This document shows, in pieces, positions 59,862-64,000 of a DNA stretch of 64,000 nt. Source of the stretch: Ptychomitrium polyphyllum. Taxonomy: Eukaryota. A program made the translations under genes and the position numbers. Position 1 is the stretch's first letter. Each line of letters begins with the position of its first letter. The stretch lies in the NCBI GenBank assembly GCA_973851085.1, contig OZ316775.1, positions 18,476,001 through 18,540,000 of the forward strand, given 5' to 3'. The notes beneath the pieces were generated by a model. That model did no database searches. It had not been told where the DNA came from and saw only the letters and a program-made list of their open reading frames with translations.

Positions 59862-61744
59862 GTTATATTTTGAGAACAAGTGTTTCAAGGTTGAGTTGGT
59901 TCAATTATTCTGTAAGTGAAAAAAGGGAATCGTAACAACCACCCATAAAATACAGAAAGCTGGATTTAGACTATGGAGTGCTTGCTCACCCTTAAAAGAT
60001 TCACCCTCCGACTCCATTCCATTCTGTGAATGGTATAAGTATCATAGATTTGCTGACTCCTTCGTCAATAACACGTGCTGGAAGAAATTAAAATAAGCAG
60101 CCAGTATCTCTTGCCTGTCGTCAAAATACCCTGATAGTTCATTTCAGCTTCTTAAAATTGAGGATTACTCGCAAAACTTTAATAATTGTATGGCAGATCC
60201 GTCAAGTTCGCCGTACATATTCAGATAGTCAGAGATAACCTTTACATCATGAACAATCTATTAACTGCTCATCGTGCTAAGGCACTTCACAAGTAAAAGC
60301 GTTTTGTACTTTAATGAATTGTCAACTCACAAGAAGCAATAGAAGTAAACATTAATCTTAAAATGGATTTTTGTATCTGTAGGGGTTTTACACTTACCAA
60401 AATGGATTGAAAATAATTAAGCCTTTAAGGAGTAAGTCTAATTTGATACGGCCTGGCCCATAGCTAAAACAATAGTGTGAGGTTGAAACTAGACCTGTAA
60501 TGACGTGGTCAGTCCAGCGACACGACGGACCTGCGGTTTTCTTGTGACAACTTAGAGGCAGTGGCGTGATCACCTGGAATGGGAAGTATGATTGTGGAAG
60601 GTTAGGCAGCCAGCTTAGCCGATTTACTGTACCCAAGCGGCAAAATCAGGGTGATACTCCGTAGTCGGTGCTGTACTGAGAAGGAACAACTACCAGTAAA
60701 ACTTCGTTTAGAACTTCAGATAAGTGAAAGACATGTGTAAGAGGATCGGTGATGGACCATTGTTTAAAAAGCTTGCATTCTATTCTATGCGTTACATGGT
60801 AGATGATGACGGGTATCCGTTTCAGTTTGTGCCACATAATTAATGACGGATAAAAATGGATTTGGTCACTTTTCAGTTCGAATCCCATCCAAAATAGTCA
60901 TTGCCAAACATATTCAATTCTACATTGATGCTGAAGGTGCTCTACGCTCGAAAACAGTAAACGATACTGTTGAATGCTTGTATCGAAGGAATATTCCAAC
61001 GTTCGCAGGGAAAGCTTTCTAGTGTCATGGGTAATTCCTAAACAGTGTCTACAACGTTTCTAGGAGAGAAGTTCATGGTTGCACATCAGGTTTAATACTG
61101 ACAAGAAGAATTATAACAAAAATCTCTGTTGACAAGTCAGAATTAACAATCTGCCTTACCTAGATTCCAATATTTTTGACGCAGATCATCGACAGGTTCT
61201 CACTGCACTAACTTCAGTCAGGATTCGAAAGACTATTGTGAAAAAGTTAATGCAATTCTCGTTGAGAATTTATTACAAGTCTTGAATGTACCTTGCAGCA
61301 CTAATCCTCAACACATGCAGCCATTCAGACCTCCTGCAACGCTAAGCTAACACCACCAGACCCAACTACGGTATTACAGTAGTTGAACTAATGACTACAC
61401 TACGAGGGATCCCAAAAGCAAGTAACCGTGTACATTCGGCAGAGTGAAAACATATCAATGCTTCTAAATCTAACTGGTCGATACCGAACAAAGAGCACGT
61501 GAATCAGCTCCAGCTTATAAGACGAACAAATGGTCTCATAATTCAAATCACAGGCAACCTTGTCCGAGGCTGCGTCACTAACCCCATCACCCAGCTCCTA
61601 CAGTGAGAAACTGATCACTTAAAACCACAAGTAAACTTGACAGAATCACAAGGTGGTACAATGAGCACAACCGTCTGAATGTCTGAACATCAGAAAGAAT
61701 CAAAAGTTAGTGAAAAATGAAAGTATTGTTGCTGGTCTCAGCTT

Positions 61745-62605
61745 CTAGTGGCCGTATCCGCACATCCCGTACTGGCACTTGGTGTCGCACTTCTTCCCGC
61801 ACACGCCGCAGTTGTGCTTGTCGTTTCCGAAAATGTTCTTGCAGGACCCGTTGCAGCACTTGCGTCCATACCCACAGCTCCTGCCGCACTGGCCACAGTT
61901 CCGGCTCTCATGCATGAGATTCACACACTTGCCGTTGCAGCAACTGTTCCTATAGCCGCACCCATTCCCGCACTTGCCACAGTGTCCACTGTTGCTCTTC
62001 AGGTTGACGCAGTTGCCCTTGCAGCAGGTGTATTTCCTGTTACACTTCTTGTGGTACCCGCACTGCATCGAATCTTGGTGAGGCTTCTTGTCGTCGGCTT
62101 TCTTCTCGGGCTTGCGGCATTTGCCAGATCTGCAGCAGTACCCCTTCTTAGTGTTGCAGCATTTGCCGCACTTGCCACAGTTGCTGTTGTCGCTCATCAA
62201 GTTAACGCACTTCTTCTTGCAACATCCGGGCTTCTTAAAGTGCTTCTTGCAGTGTTTCACGCTCCAGCACCGTTTCCCTGACCGCTCCGTCAGAATACGC
62301 GCTAGTGGGTGCGCCGGGGAAAGATCATCTTCAGCCCCTCCCTCGTCATCGGCCACTTCAGTACTACTATCCAAGGTATCGTCTTCAACTGAACTGCTGT
62401 AGATCTCATGGACTTCGGATCCAGGATACCCCTCCGAATTTCGCACCTCATCCAAGGTCGTCTCGTGTGTCACCTGGGAGCTCGACGAGTCAACAGCATT
62501 AATGCCTCCCACGTTGCTTCTCGCTTCGTCAGCAAGCACAACGCCTTGGAGGCAGACCACGGCCCCCAGCAATGCCAGCAACATAATGGCGGTCTGAGGA
62601 GTCAT
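61745..62605 (-). CDS. Secreted STIG1-family cysteine-rich protein, single exon, 286 aa
   Basis: Signal peptide MTPQTAIMLLALLGAVVCLQGVVLA, then an acidic pro-region, then four CC-x3-C-[VK]N[LI]-x4/6-[NH]CG-x-CG-x2-C modules. The terminus CQYGMCGYG is STIG1-type. Confidence 0.88.
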   Translation of the reverse strand: MTPQTAIMLLALLGAVVCLQGVVLADEARSNVGGINAVDSSSSQVTHETTLDEVRNSEGYPGSEVHEIYSSSVEDDTLDSSTEVADDEGGAEDDLSPAHPLARILTERSGKRCWSVKHCKKHFKKPGCCKKKCVNLMSDNSNCGKCGKCCNTKKGYCCRSGKCRKPEKKADDKKPHQDSMQCGYHKKCNRKYTCCKGNCVNLKSNSGHCGKCGNGCGYRNSCCNGKCVNLMHESRNCGQCGRSCGYGRKCCNGSCKNIFGNDKHNCGVCGKKCDTKCQYGMCGYGH

Positions 62606-64000
62606 GATGAATCACGAACACTGTGATGCAGCCACTTTGGTTCGAGGAGCTCACTAGGTGCGCTACATTCACTAAGATCTAACAGATATTACACGAGGAT
62701 TACACTCGGTAATCTCATACAAAGATGGAGCGACTCAGATGACCCGGCTCTTAGAGTGGAAGGTGAAGCTCATGACCTTTCAGTTACAGGGTAGGGATGG
62801 GGAACTTACTGGCAGAGAAGTTGGAACCCGCTTGGCGATCTGTAATATAGGGATCGATGATCGACAGTGCTCCATTGCGATGGATGATCGGACAACGTTG
62901 GTTAGGATCCCAGGATTTTCGATGTTGTATTTCCATGCGTCCCGTACTTGGATATATACGGCCTGGAAAATGGCTGCCGAGCACTAGTCAGGCTTCTGTC
63001 TGGCCCTTGGGTGTCGCAAATAGACACCCCAGGGAATCACCTGCCTCGTTGAACCTTCATCATTCTCGTACTCCAGGTAGGATACCTTTACAACTGTGAT
63101 TGAATTTTTTTGAGATGTTTACCGACCCACTGGGCCACTGGAGTGGCCTGTAGCGAGTCACGATCGACAGGCAGGTTTTCATCCCAATCTGTTCGTCCAA
63201 TTCCTCGAGCTGGAAATTATGGCAATTAGAAAGGTGGATGTATTGACTGTAGTGCCGGATGAGACAACTAGTGAGAGTGCGAATTATGTAATGTTACTAT
63301 TGCACTACTTCTATAGGAGTAATCTACTTATTTAACAGGACAAGAGAGAATGACAATGACGTTCGACATCCTCATATTCATCGAGTGTCTCTGTCCATAA
63401 GTTCCCATGTCTAATCAAGAAATGGACAAGTTGGTCTATGAATATTAGGAGTTGTCTAGAGATGAACCAGAGATAGCCCTTGGCACTGTGCAACGAAGTG
63501 GTCCCAATATCATTACGCGATTCAGTATGTAAGTTGCTCGGGAGTGCCTGAATCAATGATTCTCTGCTGTAATTATCTCAATTGATGATTTGTGCCAAAT
63601 GGTAGCAGAATGGCGTTTTTCTTGACGTTGTTTCCTTGTGATGACAACGTTGTGATGAGACAACAGTGCAGCTGACGTCTTTATTTCTTCCCAACTGGAG
63701 CCTAATCAACTACAGTGCATATGTGGTGCAAGTTTTTCTCCCTTCTGGTTTAAAACAAATGAAACTAGATTCATTGCTGTAAGTGAAAGTATTCATTGCA
63801 TATATAGTGAATAATGACAACAACAACCAACCACCGCCAAGTTCTCAAGCTCGTATATCACATGTTTGCCCTCAAACTCCTGGCCTGGACACAACTCAAT
63901 GTTTCTGTTTGATTGCGGCATATGATAAAGACTCGTTGCTAAGAAGTCCAAAGGTGAGCCTTTTGCCATTTATGAGTTACCTAGAAGAAGCCGTTTCAGT

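Noticed and set aside
60876..60892. GTTCGAATCCC tRNA T-loop / B-box-like motif
   Set aside because: No cloverleaf, acceptor stem or A-box can be built from the flanking sequence.
61717..62502. Plus-strand ORFs overlapping the STIG1-like gene
   Set aside because: They are antisense shadows of repetitive Cys/Lys/Gly codons.
63133..63148. GC-rich mini-hairpin ggccactggagtggcc as a possible Helitron 3' end
   Set aside because: There is no correctly spaced CTRR terminus and no other Helitron evidence.

Overview
Eukaryotic, intron-rich plant nuclear DNA. Gene set, divergence from angiosperm orthologues and composition suggest a moss such as Physcomitrium patens (inference, not a database result). 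The window holds nine protein-coding loci. In order: the 3' end of a lectin receptor-like kinase (+), plastid SecY2/SCY2 (-, 12 exons), CDC48C/NVL-Rix7 AAA ATPase (+), proteasome inhibitor PI31 (+), a SPIKE1 DOCK-family ROP-GEF (+), L-aspartate oxidase (+), a BRO1-domain protein (+), an intronless stand-alone RibB/DHBP-synthase-family gene (-) and a secreted STIG1-like cysteine-rich protein (-). Very AT-rich stretches lie between genes and contain a MITE-like inverted repeat, a perfect 3x69-bp tandem repeat and a small dispersed repeat. The most striking item is the RibB-family gene. It has archaeal-type rather than plant/bacterial signatures, making it a candidate horizontal transfer, and two normally conserved catalytic positions appear substituted. 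Exon boundaries were read by eye and may be off by a few bases. Family assignments rest on remembered motifs, not on searches.
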